A DNA stretch of 64,000 nt, taken from assembly GCF_006345805.1 (NCBI RefSeq), contig NC_043002.1:118420001-118484000 (forward strand). The letters are read 5' to 3'. Both the position numbers and the translations under genes were made by a program. Shown in pieces: positions 12,394-23,920 of the stretch. The DNA is from Octopus sinensis (Eukaryota). The notes under the pieces were generated by a model. It made no database searches, was not told the DNA's origin, and saw only the letters and a list, made by a program, of their open reading frames with translations. The first letter of the stretch is position 1. Each line of letters begins with the position of its first letter.

Positions 12394-13758
12394 AATAAAT
12401 AAATTACGTAAACTTCTTTAATATTTCACTAATAGAAAATAATCATCTGGTTTCATTTGAGCTTCACTACATAAGCCTTAAGATTTTCCAAATGTGAATA
12501 AAGATAAAGAAGAATAATTCCCCTGATACGATATTCAGTTGGTCATTTCCAAGTCAGATAAAAACAATATAGCAACAAATTTTCAAATCTGAAAAACCAA
12601 AAGTAGAAAAAGAAATTCAAGTCAGAAGTCAAATATAAATAACAACAGCAAATAAGTTATATGTATCTTCAAAACCTTTCTTTATAAATAATGTATAGAA
12701 ATAGTGTTACACTTGGAGATGGTCATATTATGCCAGTTAAACACACACACTATATATTTGGTCTTCATTTCAATTTTATTATTATTATTATTATTTTAGT
12801 TTCTTTTGTCACACATCCTGTGGCCTCTTCAGTGGCTCTCTATCCCACGTGTCTGCCTCTTGTTCTGCTTATGCCAACACTACAATCTATTTCCTAAATG
12901 GAATAAGCAGAACAAGAGGAGGTACATGGGTCAGAGAGTCAGTGAAGAGGTCACAGGATGTGTGACAAAAGAGCTTTGACAAAGAAACAAAAATAGCAGC
13001 AATAAAGATGAAGCAAAGACTAAATATATAGCGCATGTTTTTAATTAATAAAATACGAACATCCCCAAATATAATTATGTCTGTTTCAACACTTGATTTC
13101 AGATCAAGAATCTTGCAAAACAAATACATAAACATAAAAATGTAAATAAAGATTTCTTGAAAAAAATTATTCTCGTTTCAGTTGTTGCTCCACTGGAGAG
13201 TTTGAAAATGAAATCACTAAAACCATTCAAACAGAATCATTTCTATGGAAGTAAGGCGTTAACGCTACCTTTCCCTGCAGAGCTCCATCCTATGACTGCC
13301 ATATCTCATTCTTAACATGGCCTCATATCACCATTGATTCTCCTCTCCTATCTTTGTTTGCTGCTATCTCCATCCCTACATACCTCTGATCTCCATCTCT
13401 ATCACTGTATGTCCCCCCACCCAACACTCCTTCTTTAGCTATCTACCCATTCCCCACACACATACACTCACATCATCTCCCTTTTTCTTATCTATCTACA
13501 GTTAGATACAGTTCTCAACCAGGGTCCATATGACCCCTGGAGGTCTGTGCAAGCAAAATAGTAAACTGGGCATCCACAGCAGCACTTCACAAGTCCATGA
13601 AAAACTTGCAAGAAACTAAATTCCTTTCACTAACACTTAACAAAGTTCAACATAATAGTATGTAAAACTAGCAGAGGAGCATCAACCACAAGGCTTACAC
13701 TGAAGCACTAAAGTACTATCTTTTTGCAAATAAATATGTCCTTGTATACTGACCACAC

Positions 13759-14360
13759 AGGCACAGGTGTGGCTGTGTGATAAGAAGTTTGCTTCCCAAC
13801 CACATGGTTCCAGGTTCAGTCTCACTGCATGGCACCATGGGCAAGTGCTTTCAAACTATAGCCTCAGGCTGACCAAAGCATTCTGAGTAGATTTGGTATT
13901 ACAAATACTGAAAAAGCTTGTTATATGTGTGTGTGTGTGTCTTGGTGTCACTGAAAAAGAGGTAATTTCTACTCTTCTCCTCTGGAAGCCATCTACTCGC
14001 AATACCAGAGGGCGCACACTCTCCTACCCTGATGTAATCTCTAGGGATACAGGCATCCAGCAACAGGACCTCTGTAATGCCATGATGGACCGTGAAGTCT
14101 GGCGTAGCATGGTAAATTCCATTGTCTCGACCACGGTCGAACAATGATGATGATGGAGTCACTGTGTGCCCCCATCACCACTTGACAACTGGTGTTGGTG
14201 TGTTTATGTCCTTGTAACTTAGAGGTTTGGCAAAAGAGACTGATGGAATAAATACTAGGCTTAAAAAATAAGCCTTGGAGTTGATTAGTTTGACTAAAAA
14301 AACACTTCAAAAACACAGCATGGCAGCAGTCAAATGACTGAAACAAGTAAAATAAAAATA
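13759..14360 (+). mobile_element. SINE family A interrupted by an RTE 3' fragment
   Basis: Head to (TG)n at 13759-13945; body resumes at about 14155. Confidence 0.75.
13950..14153 (+). mobile_element. 3' end of a distinct RTE-clade LINE
   Basis: LLLWKP...RGRTLSYPDVISRDTG...DLCNAMMDREVWRSMV...*, followed by a (TGA)n tail. Confidence 0.7.
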
Positions 14361-14834
14361 AAAGAATTCATTTTTCCATAGAATTTAGTCAATTGTTAAA
14401 AGTTATGAGTAATATATTGGTTGTTCTAAAAACAGAAAATATTTTAATAAATTCATAATAATATTTAATTATAAAAAAACAAAAAAGAATTTTTAAATGT
14501 TGAATGGTTATGGGGCAGGGTCCACCAGGTAAATCAAAGGGGTCCAAAGGTAAAAATGGCTGACAACCACTGGTTTCATTAATTCAGCTCCTTTCCAACC
14601 TTTTTAATCTACCACTCATTGTCTCCTCTTCCCTGAGCTACTTTCCAACCTTTTTCCCCTCCCTCCATATTCATATTTACTACCAGCCATGTACGTTTCC
14701 ACTCTTGATCATCAGTTCACTACATTCACCTCCATCAATTCCCCCATCTCTAATCATCTGTCCCTCACCTCTTGCAAACTTGCCAGTCCGCCCTCTATAT
14801 AATGCAGGAGATATTTGCAAAGTGTTGTATCACT

Positions 14835-15175
14835 CTTGAATACTGTCCTGATGTCATATGGGTTGCATATCTTTCGTATCTTTTCGGAGAGGCCTATCCA
14901 TTCCAATTATGAAGAAATGAGTGGATGAAACCAATAACGGTTCACAGTCTGTCTACCCCATGTGAAAGGCTTCTTCGAAAAGATACAAAAGATATGCAGC
15001 CCATATGACATCAGGATAGTAATCAAGAGTAAAAAACTGTCCGATGAAAGGCAACGGGAAACTCAGAGTAACAGGTTTTGTTGAATTTTCTGCTGCTTTA
15101 AATAAAGCATATTACTCTACCACTGGTATTTGAGTACTCTTTTTTCCACCTTGTTTCACATTTATGTGTTTACTC
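14835..15175. mobile_element. Penelope-like element fragment with inverted duplication and hammerhead-like motif
   Basis: About 14953-15030 encodes LPHVKGFFEKIQKICSPYDIRIVIKS, typical of the Penelope RT-to-GIY-YIG linker; 14835-14896 is its inverted copy. Confidence 0.7.
15035..15077 (+). ncRNA. Candidate minimal type-I hammerhead ribozyme (degenerate)
   Basis: CTGT-CCGATGA-[AAGGCAACGG]-GAAAC-TCAG-AGTA-ACAG: stem I CTGT/ACAG, short stem III, GUA site. U4 is C and stem II is eroded. Confidence 0.55.
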
Positions 15176-15182
15176 CGGTATA

Positions 15183-15237
<55 letters not shown>

Positions 15238-15284
15238 GTATTTATATATATACATATATGTGTGTGTGTGTGTGTGTATATATG

Positions 15285-15600
15285 TATGAGAATGTGTCTG
15301 TCTATCTGTCTGTGTGAATCCCTAAAACTTGAGAACTACACAACCAATTTCATTCAAATTTTACACATGCCTTACTTAGAGTCCATGTAGTGTCATGGGC
15401 AAAAAAATATTTTAACTTCTTGCCTAGGGCGAGCCCACAGCAATATATCTTCTCCAATATTTCAGTATTACATGTTAAAAGTGAAACAAAAACATCTCTC
15501 TATTGTAATGTCACATGCTTTCACTTTAATACTGAAACTAATAACGTGAAACTATTATATAACAGGGATGAACCATTAACAGTGGACATCCATTTTGCTA
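15285..15600 (+). mobile_element. HINE/DINE-1-like repeat
   Basis: ctgtctgtgtgaatccctaaaacttgagaactacacaaccaatttcattcaaatttt motif; homologous to 57841-57915 and 59820-60000. Confidence 0.55.
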
Positions 15601-15709
15601 GAAGAAGATCCACTATGGTCTTATATGCTACACCACTGGTTTTCAATTCATATTAATCAAATTAATATTCAATTTTTAACCCTTATTATTTTAAATTTAA
15701 ATTTACATG

Positions 15710-15785
<76 letters not shown>

Positions 15786-15845
15786 ACATATAGATGTATA
15801 TATATAGATGTATATATATATATGTGGATATATATATATATATAT

Positions 15846-18438
15846 GAGAGCCACTGACCAGATCTGTGGCTGGTGCAAAGTGCCCCTCTCGACCCAAAAT
15901 AACGTGGTGGTGGAACAATGTTGTAGGGCTATTAGAGAAAAGAGACAGGCTTGGAAGGACTGGAAGAATGGTGGTAGCAGGGAATTGTATCAGACTGCCA
16001 AAAGGGAAGCTAGGAGACAGGTTTATTTAGCCAGAGGGGAAGCAGATAAGAAAAAATTTGCTAATGTTCTGCACCGTGAGGACCAAAGACTTGGGGTATT
16101 CCATGTTGCCAGACAATGTGTGAGAGAGAATCGTGACGTGGTAGGAGAGAAATGTGTTCGCATGGATGATGGTTCACTTGCACTAAATGAGGATGCAAAG
16201 AGAGAGGTTTGATGACGCCACTATGAAAGGTTGCTGAATAAGGAAAATGAATGGTATAAAGAGAGTCTGCCGAATGTTGACCCAACAGAGGGACCAGCTA
16301 TCCAAGTTGACAGTTCCTTGGTAGTTAAGGCAATTAGAAGCATGAAGACAGGGAAAGCCCCAGGCCCATCAGAAATTACTGCAGAGATGCTCAAAATATC
16401 TGGTAGTGTCGGCTATAGCCTAGTCACCCATATAGTTAACCAGGTGATACACGAAGGAGTCATACCCAATGACTGGTGTAGCAGCATACTAGTCAACTGC
16501 TACAAAGGTAAAGGTGACGCTTTAGATACAAATAATTACAGAGGTATCAAGCTGTTGGATCAGGTAATGAAGGTTACGGAGAGGGTCATAGCCCAACTGA
16601 TTAGGGAGAGAGTCAGCTTGGATGAGATGCAGTTTGGTTTCGTGCCAGGGAAAAGCACCATCGATGCCATATTTCTGGTGAGACAGCTGCAGGATACCTA
16701 GCCAAAGATAAGCCCCTGTACCTGGCTTTCGTTGACATGGAGAAAGCCTTCGACAAGGTCCCCTGATCCCTTATCTGGTGGTCAATTAGGAAACTAGGGA
16801 TAGATGAATGGTTAGTGAGAGCTGTGCAAGCCATGTACAGGGACGCTGTAAGTAAGGTGAGGGTTGGCAACGAGTACACTAAAGAATTCAGGATAGAGGT
16901 AGGGGTCCACAAAGATTCAGTCCTCAGCACCCTCCTATTTATCATAGTCCTCCAGGCAATAACGGAGGAATTCAAGACAGGATGCCCCTGGGAGCTCCTA
17001 TATGCTGATGACCTTGCTCTAATTGCTGAATCACTATCAAAACTAGAGGCAAAGTTTCAAGTGTGGAGACAAGGATTAGAATCGAAGGGCCTTAAAATCA
17101 ACCTAGCTAAAACCAAAGTCCTAATATGTAGGAAGGCAGGCAAATCACAAACGCCTTCAGGTAGGTGACCCTGTTCAATCTGTAGAAAAGGCGTAGATAG
17201 AAACTCTATAGGATGCACCAAGCGTAAGCTATGGACACATAAGAGGTGCAGCAATGTCAAAGGAAGGCTAACTGGGAAGATAGTTTTTGTATGTGGCAGA
17301 TGCTCAGGAGCAATAAACACTGAAAATGCTCAGAGACCAACTTCTGCCACATTCCAGGGAGAAAAACTAGAAATAGTTGATAGCTTCCGTTACCTAGGTG
17401 ACCAAGTCAGTAGCGGGGGCGGGTGTGCTGAAAGTGTAACTGCTAGAGTAAGAATAGCCTGGGCAAAGTTTAGGGAGCTCTTACCTCTGCTGGTGACAAA
17501 AGGCCTCTTGCTCAGAGTAAAAGGCAGACTGTATGACGCATGTGTACGTACAGCCATGCTACATGGTAGTGAAACATGGGCCGTGACTGCTGAGGATATG
17601 TGTAAGCTTGCAAGAAATGAAGCCAGTATGCTCCAATGGATGTGTAATGTCAGTGTTCATACTCGACAGAGCGTTAGTACCTTGAGAGAAATGTTGTACC
17701 TAAGAAGCATCAGTTGTGGTGTGCAAGAGAGACGTTTGCGCTGGTATGGTCATGTGACGAGAATGGATGCAGATAGTTGTGTGAAAAAGTGCCACACCCT
17801 AGCAGTTGAGGGAACCTGTGGACGACGTAGATCCATGAAAACCTGGGACGAGGTGGTGAAGCACGACCTTCGAACTTTAGGTCTCACTGAGGAAATTACC
17901 AGAAACCGAGACCTTTGGAAGTATGCTGTGCATGGGAAGACCCGACAGGACAAGTGAGACCATAACCCATGGCCTCTACCCGGGACGTAGCCAGTCCACT
18001 TATGCATACCTTTCCTTCTTGTGACACAAACCCTACTTGTGAAGACCTGTTGAGGCAAGTGAAAATTAAAAATCAAAAATCAAAATCGAAATCGATCAAC
18101 ATCAATGGAAATTGTAGCTATGATACCAGTGCTGGTGGCACATAAGAGAACCTCCAAACGTGGCTGTTGCCAGTGCCACCCCGACTGGCCTCCGTGCTGG
18201 TGGCACATAAAAAGCACCATCCGATTGTGGCCGTTTGCCAGCCTCGTCTGGCACCTGTGCAGGTGGCACGTAAAAAGCACCCACTACACTCATGGAGTGG
18301 TTGGCGTTAGGAAGGGCATCCAGCTGTAGAAATACTGCCAGATCAGACTGAGCCTGGCGCAGCCTTCTGACTTCCCAGACCTCAGTTGAACCATCCAGCC
18401 CATGTTAACATGAAAAACGGACGTTAAACGATGATGAT
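15846..18438 (+). mobile_element. 5'-truncated RTE LINE (RT pseudogene, 3'UTR and (GAT)n tail)
   Basis: ORF fragments 15808-17957 with PGKSTIDAIF, GVHKDSVLS, WELLYADDL; frameshifts; flanked by (TA)n on both sides. Confidence 0.92.
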
Positions 18439-18469
18439 ATATATATACATACATGTATATATATATATG

Positions 18470-18512
<43 letters not shown>

Positions 18513-18622
18513 CGGGAAGCTTTATGAAAATAAACAAAAGACGAAGATGTATATGTATAGCTGTATATGTATACATATATATGTATACATGTATGTGTAG
18601 ATGCACATATATATATATATAT

Positions 18623-18660
<38 letters not shown>

Positions 18661-18721
18661 GTACATGTAATATGTACACATATATACATGCATACATATA
18701 TACACCCCCACACACATACAT

Positions 18722-19415
18722 AGGTGCAGGTGTTACTGTGTGGTAACAAACTTTGTTCCAAAACACATGGTCCTCAGTTCAGTCCCACTGTGTGGCAACT
18801 TGGCATGTGTCTTCTGCTATAGCCTCCCACCAACCAAAGCCTTGTCAGTGGATTTTGTAGACAGAAACTGAAAGAAATCAATTGTATATATATTTATGTA
18901 TATATGTAAGTCTATGTGTGTGTTTTTGGGTTTTTCCCTCATCCTGCTTCACAACTGGTGTTCGTTTATTTACATCCCTATAACTTACTGGTTTCACAAG
19001 AAGAAACTGATAGAATAAGTACCAGGCTTATCAACATAAAAAAAGCACTAGGCTGAGTCTCATATTTTTGTTTGCCCACTATCAATTTATCAATCTATCA
19101 ATTTATCTTTGTGTGTGTGTGTGTGTGTATACATACATATATATATATATATGGATTTCGTAGACAGGAACTGAAACAAATCAATCGTATATATAAGTAA
19201 ATCTATGTGTGTGTCTTTCTGTTTCTCCCTCATCACTGCTTCACAACTGGTGTTCATTTATTTACATCCCCATAACTTACTGGTTTCACAAGAACAAACT
19301 AATAGAATAAGTACCAGGCTTATCAACATAAAAAAAAGCACTAGGCTGTGTCTCATATTTTTCTTTGCCCACTCAGTTGTATCTATCAATTTCTCTTTGT
19401 ATGTGTGTGTGTGTA
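18722..19415 (+). mobile_element. SINE family A with a ~300-bp tandem duplication
   Basis: 18848-19151 is repeated at 19153-19415, including non-SINE flank. Confidence 0.7.
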
Positions 19416-19427
19416 TCTATCCATCTA

Positions 19428-19467
<40 letters not shown>

Positions 19468-19599
19468 GCCTTTTCTTTTTTTATTTACAATGTGCATTTT
19501 CGTTGATTTTTCTTATTTTCCCCTTACATTTCCACGTGTATTTTAGATTTTCTTTTTGTAACATATTTCTACTATATATATATAGCTTGCTAGGGGTAC

Positions 19600-19995
19600 T
19601 AGGTCTGTGGGTAGGCTGTTCTTACGTTACAAGGATGTTTGCAAAAGGGACATGAAGGCCTGCAACATCAATATTAGCGGTTGGGAAGCAGTTGCCGGCA
19701 ACCGTGGAGATTGGCGACATACCGTAAAAGAAGGAATACAAAGGAGTAACACAGAGAGAGAGAGAGAGAGGAGAAATGGAAAGACAAGAAAAGACGTCAA
19801 CAAGAAACTATGGCATTACAACCAGCCAGGAACAGTCTTCGCTACATTTGCGGTACCTGCCAGAGGGAGTGTTTGTCCAGGATAGGACTACATAGCCACA
19901 GCAGGAAATGTATCAGGACATGAAATGTAAAAGCCAGACTAGACTATTTTATGTGCCACTCCATTGTCTCCCGAGACAAAAAGGATGCCAACAAT
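19600..19995 (+). mobile_element. 3' end of a second RTE family (BovB-like C-terminus)
   Basis: LRYKDVCKRDMKACNIN..WEAVAGNRGDWRHTVKEG, then C..C.RECLSRIGLHSHSRKC; tail ccattgtctcccgagac. Confidence 0.7.
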
Positions 19996-21473
19996 ATAAC
20001 ACCCTAATGGGGGCCTTAACTCCCAAATTTTAGTCATTTCTTTTATGATCCAAAACTAAGTCAAAAGTACTGAATGGATCTTTACGAAATTTGGAAATTA
20101 TATTCTATGCATAAGGGCCACAACCCCCATGACAATTCATATATTTTTGCTGTTGATGAAATTTTAACCATAGTTATTAGATACAAATGAAGTAATATTT
20201 ATAAAATTTCATCTTCTTACAAGTTACAAAGACCCCTCCATGGGGACTTAACACCTACAATTTTGTCATTTTATCTAAGCAAAAACGAATACAGTTGTGC
20301 TCTCGGAAGCTGTAGGGTTACCCGAGCATAAAAGATGAGCATTATTTGTAATTCAATGGTACAACAGTGTAAGAGTTTGCTTTGACATACACTTACATTG
20401 TGATTTCTGCAATGTGGTGCATAAATTGTCAAGTAAATGAGGCATCTTTGCATCCACTGATTCAGTTGCAAAGTGTTGAGTAAAATTACTTGATTGCAGA
20501 CCTCCTTTCAGTCTTTTTTATTATCATTGGGTCACACATAGTCCCCAGATGGTAACATTGATTTCAAGGCCTTCCCAGATGAGTGACTGGTTATTCAAAG
20601 ACATTTATTAAATTGTAAATTTATTCTGTCCAGTTATGTATCAGTATAGTGGTCATTTGCAAACACTTTCATTTCTCCTTAGCCCTCACGTCACACAGTT
20701 GTTAATGTTTATTTCAGTTGGGTCACGCCCTTCCAATTGCTATAGTTTCGTAATGCATCTTATGGCAGTGCCTGTCACCTGGATGGTGAGGAATCCTACA
20801 TTGTAATCATTTGTCTTTTGGTTTCCTGTAGCTTTGCTCTCTTTTACACAGTGAACATATATTTCCTATTTCAAAGAAATTCAAGTAATAGATATAAGAT
20901 CCAAGTTAAAAAGATTCTCAACAATTCAACTTTTCTGGTTGACATTAAGATGCCCACCTCCAACAGGGGCCTTAGCTCTCACATTTTAGAGCTCCATGAC
21001 CTTCATTTTTCAGGAGCAAAATCTTTTTAACAGGTTCAATAAGACTGCAATTTTGCAGAGAAAGTTCTTGGTATAGTATTATATATATATTTGAAAAAAT
21101 GAGTAAAGATGGCTTTTTTGAGGGGATAATTTTTATTTTAATCTTAATAATAATGTTTACAGTAAGTTATTCATTTCAATAATTGAAGTGAGGCCATGCT
21201 GGGGCACCACCTTGGATCCATACAACACTATAATCAGATGCATCAATTAATGTTAAGTGTTGGCAAATATCAGAAAACAGCGGCAAACTTAAAGAAGAGT
21301 ATAGTGATGAAATAATAAATTCTTTGTCAAGCCAAATTGGTAAACAACAACAGTTCTCACAATCAAGATATAGGTACAACTTTCTGAACACTGACAATAT
21401 GGAATCTCTGAAAATCTGCATTTACACAAATATACAGGTACCTATATTTCTAATTTACACAAATTTACAGGTA

Positions 21474-21662
21474 CAATAGAAGCTCGGTTTTTGAACAACC
21501 CTGATCACAAATAAATCGTACTTTATCTCCAGTCTTTCTCATATTCATTTAATACAGTAGCACCTCAGTTTACAAATGCTTCTGATCACGAATATCTATA
21601 TATATATATATAAAGCATGATTTATTCACGATCAGAGTAGTTAAAAAACCGAGCTACTATTG
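21474..21662. mobile_element. pogo/Tigger-like MITE (189 bp) with ~45-bp TIRs and TA duplication
   Basis: caatagaagctcggtttttgaacaaccctgatcacaaataaatc and its inverse; a third TIR-like copy inside at about 21556. Confidence 0.7.
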
Positions 21663-21907
21663 TACAAGTATTTCTAATTTACACAAATATACAAGTACCT
21701 GTATTTCATTTAATTATTTAAGTAAATGTGATATTTCTTTAATTTAGAGTGTGTTGATCAAGGTGATCACTCCTGGTTTGGAAAATTCAGTAAAATGGAA
21801 AGGCTTTGGAACCAGAGGTTATAGAAAATCAACATTGTACCTGTATATGCCTTTCCTTGGGCAAAATGCTAGTCTACTGAAGTTAGTTCTCAGATAATTT
21901 AATCATT

Positions 21908-22193
21908 TTTTAATCTTTTACTTGTTTCAGTCATTTGAATGTGGCCGTGTTGGGACACTGCCTTGAAAGGTTTTAGTCAAACAAATCGACCCCAGGACTT
22001 ATTTCCCTTTAAAGCCTAGTAATTACTCTATCAGTCTTTTTTGCTGAACTGCCAAGTTACAAGGATGTAAACACACCAAGACTGGTTGTCACTCAGTGGT
22101 AGGGGACAAACAGAAAGACATACACACAGATTATATATGTTAGTGGATATGGTAGACAAAAACTGAGAAGCCCATTGTGTGTGTGTGTTTATG

Positions 22194-22255
<62 letters not shown>

Positions 22256-22378
22256 ATGGGCTTCTTTCAATTTCTGTCAACCAAATCCACTCATGTTGCT
22301 TTCATTGGCCTGAAGCCACAGTAGAAGACACTTGCCCAAGGTGCCACGCAAGTTTCTTACCACACAACCATGCCTGCA
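21908..22378 (-). mobile_element. SINE family A
   Basis: Reverse complement of head, (TA/TG)n and tail. Confidence 0.7.
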
Positions 22379-22819
22379 ACCATTACTACTACTATTTTAT
22401 CAATTACAATATTACAATGAAACACAGAGGGAAGAATTTAAACAGTAAAACTCAATCAACATTTTTTAAGCAGATCTCTGATCAAAGGCTTCCAAGTCAT
22501 GATCACTCTCTCTACACTGCCCAAGGTTTCATTCCTTTTTTATAAAAGTAAGGAGAGAAAGGGGATTTTGCAAGCAAGAGAAGCATAAATGGTGATGATG
22601 ATGATACTTTGGCAAGGAACTAAAAGGATTGGTTACAGTTTGGACAGCTGTATTGTCAATAATGAATTTGTAGGAGTTGTAGTGTTGCATAAAAGCTATC
22701 AACTTGCGGGGGTGAGTGATTTTCTCTATGAATTATAGGCTATCCTTTGCTTGTATACCAGAATCCTGTTTCCAAGTATAGTTAACCCTTTAGCATTATT
22801 CTGTTAAATGTATTGCTTA

Positions 22820-22985
22820 TTTATTCATACTCTCGGAGTGGTTGGCATTAGGAAGGGCATCCAGCTGTAGAAACTTTGCCAGACCAGATTGAGCCTGGTG
22901 CAGCCTCTGGCTCACCAGTCCTCAGTCAAACCATCCAACCCATGCCAGCATGGAAAACAGTTGTTAAACGATGATGATTGCTTTG
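22820..22985 (+). mobile_element. RTE 3'-tail fragment
   Basis: gttggcattaggaagggcatccagctgtag...gttaaacgatgatgat. Confidence 0.75.
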
Positions 22986-23604
22986 AATTAATCATGCATT
23001 ATGATGTAACATCATGATTTTGATGTGATTGCTTATTTTTAGAAGGACATTTTTGGATAGGTGTGAAAAACTGCATCTGGCTGGATCGAATATAAAATAT
23101 GTAAAATATTTAGGCTGGATCTAGTTGGTTTGAATATTAAAGAGTTAAATTTCGTATTGTTACTTAGTGCTACTAACTGTCGCTTGAGTGGAATTATGGC
23201 CCATGATAGCTGTTTCTAGCAGTGGACATATTCCCCTTAGTTTTATTTTTATGTAGGCATGTCCCATGATGCAGAATTTAATGATGTTATCCCTATTTAA
23301 AGCTAAATATTATGGTAAAGGTACACAAAAGTATTTGCATGAAAGCTGCACAACCATCTCATACTGTTAGTGTGGTGCCAATGGAAACAGGTAAATTGGT
23401 GTTGAAGAGAGTTCTTAAAGAAGCTAAAAAGACAGCTTGTTAAACTGGCTTTGTCAAATGAAGGACCTTAGTAATTTAAGTTCAAAACTATATAGAATTT
23501 GAATCCACTCAGCATATTTTTACAATTGTTATACGTCATACACAAATATTAAACTTTTGGTTTTAGATAATCTTTCAAAATCTAAATGCTCTGAATGATG
23601 TGAA

Positions 23605-23920
23605 GGTGTGTGGCTTAATGATTAGGATATAATTGGCTTAGGATCACGAGGTTGTGAGTTGGTTACCCATCAACATGTTTTGGCCATGAGTAAGTCACTT
23701 TATTTCATGTTGTTCCAGTCTACTCAGCTGGTAAAAATGAGTAATACCTGTATTTCAAAGGGACAGCTATATCCCATTCTGTGTTCTCTGCTGGATCCCC
23801 TGAGAACTAAATTAAGGGTATGTGTGTCTGTGGGGTGCTCAGCCACTTGCACATTGATTTCATGAGCAAGCTGTTCTGTTGATTGGATCTACTGGAACAC
23901 TCATAGACGTAACTGGAGTG
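23605..23920 (+). mobile_element. SINE family C
   Basis: Homologous to 8860-9062. Confidence 0.5.

Larger units (their letters stand above)
13509..14572. mobile_element. hAT-type MITE carrying nested insertions
   Basis: Ends cagttctcaacc... and ...ggctgacaaccactg resemble CAGTGGTTCTCAACC hAT TIRs; degenerate, no TSD recognised. Confidence 0.45.

Noticed and set aside
12394-12588. Idea that the ZNF is an in-frame terminal exon of the minus-strand gene
   Set aside because: In-frame TAA 27 nt upstream of the ZNF ATG prevents read-through from the candidate acceptor.
20250-20520. Minus-strand exon-like frame LKGGLQSS...LQKSQ with a gtaagt donor
   Set aside because: Poor acceptor and an upstream in-frame stop; could equally be a decayed DNA-transposon remnant.
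21238-21384. Open plus-strand frame (ASINVKCWQISENSGKLKEE...)
   Set aside because: Weak splice context, no neighbouring exons and no recognisable homology.
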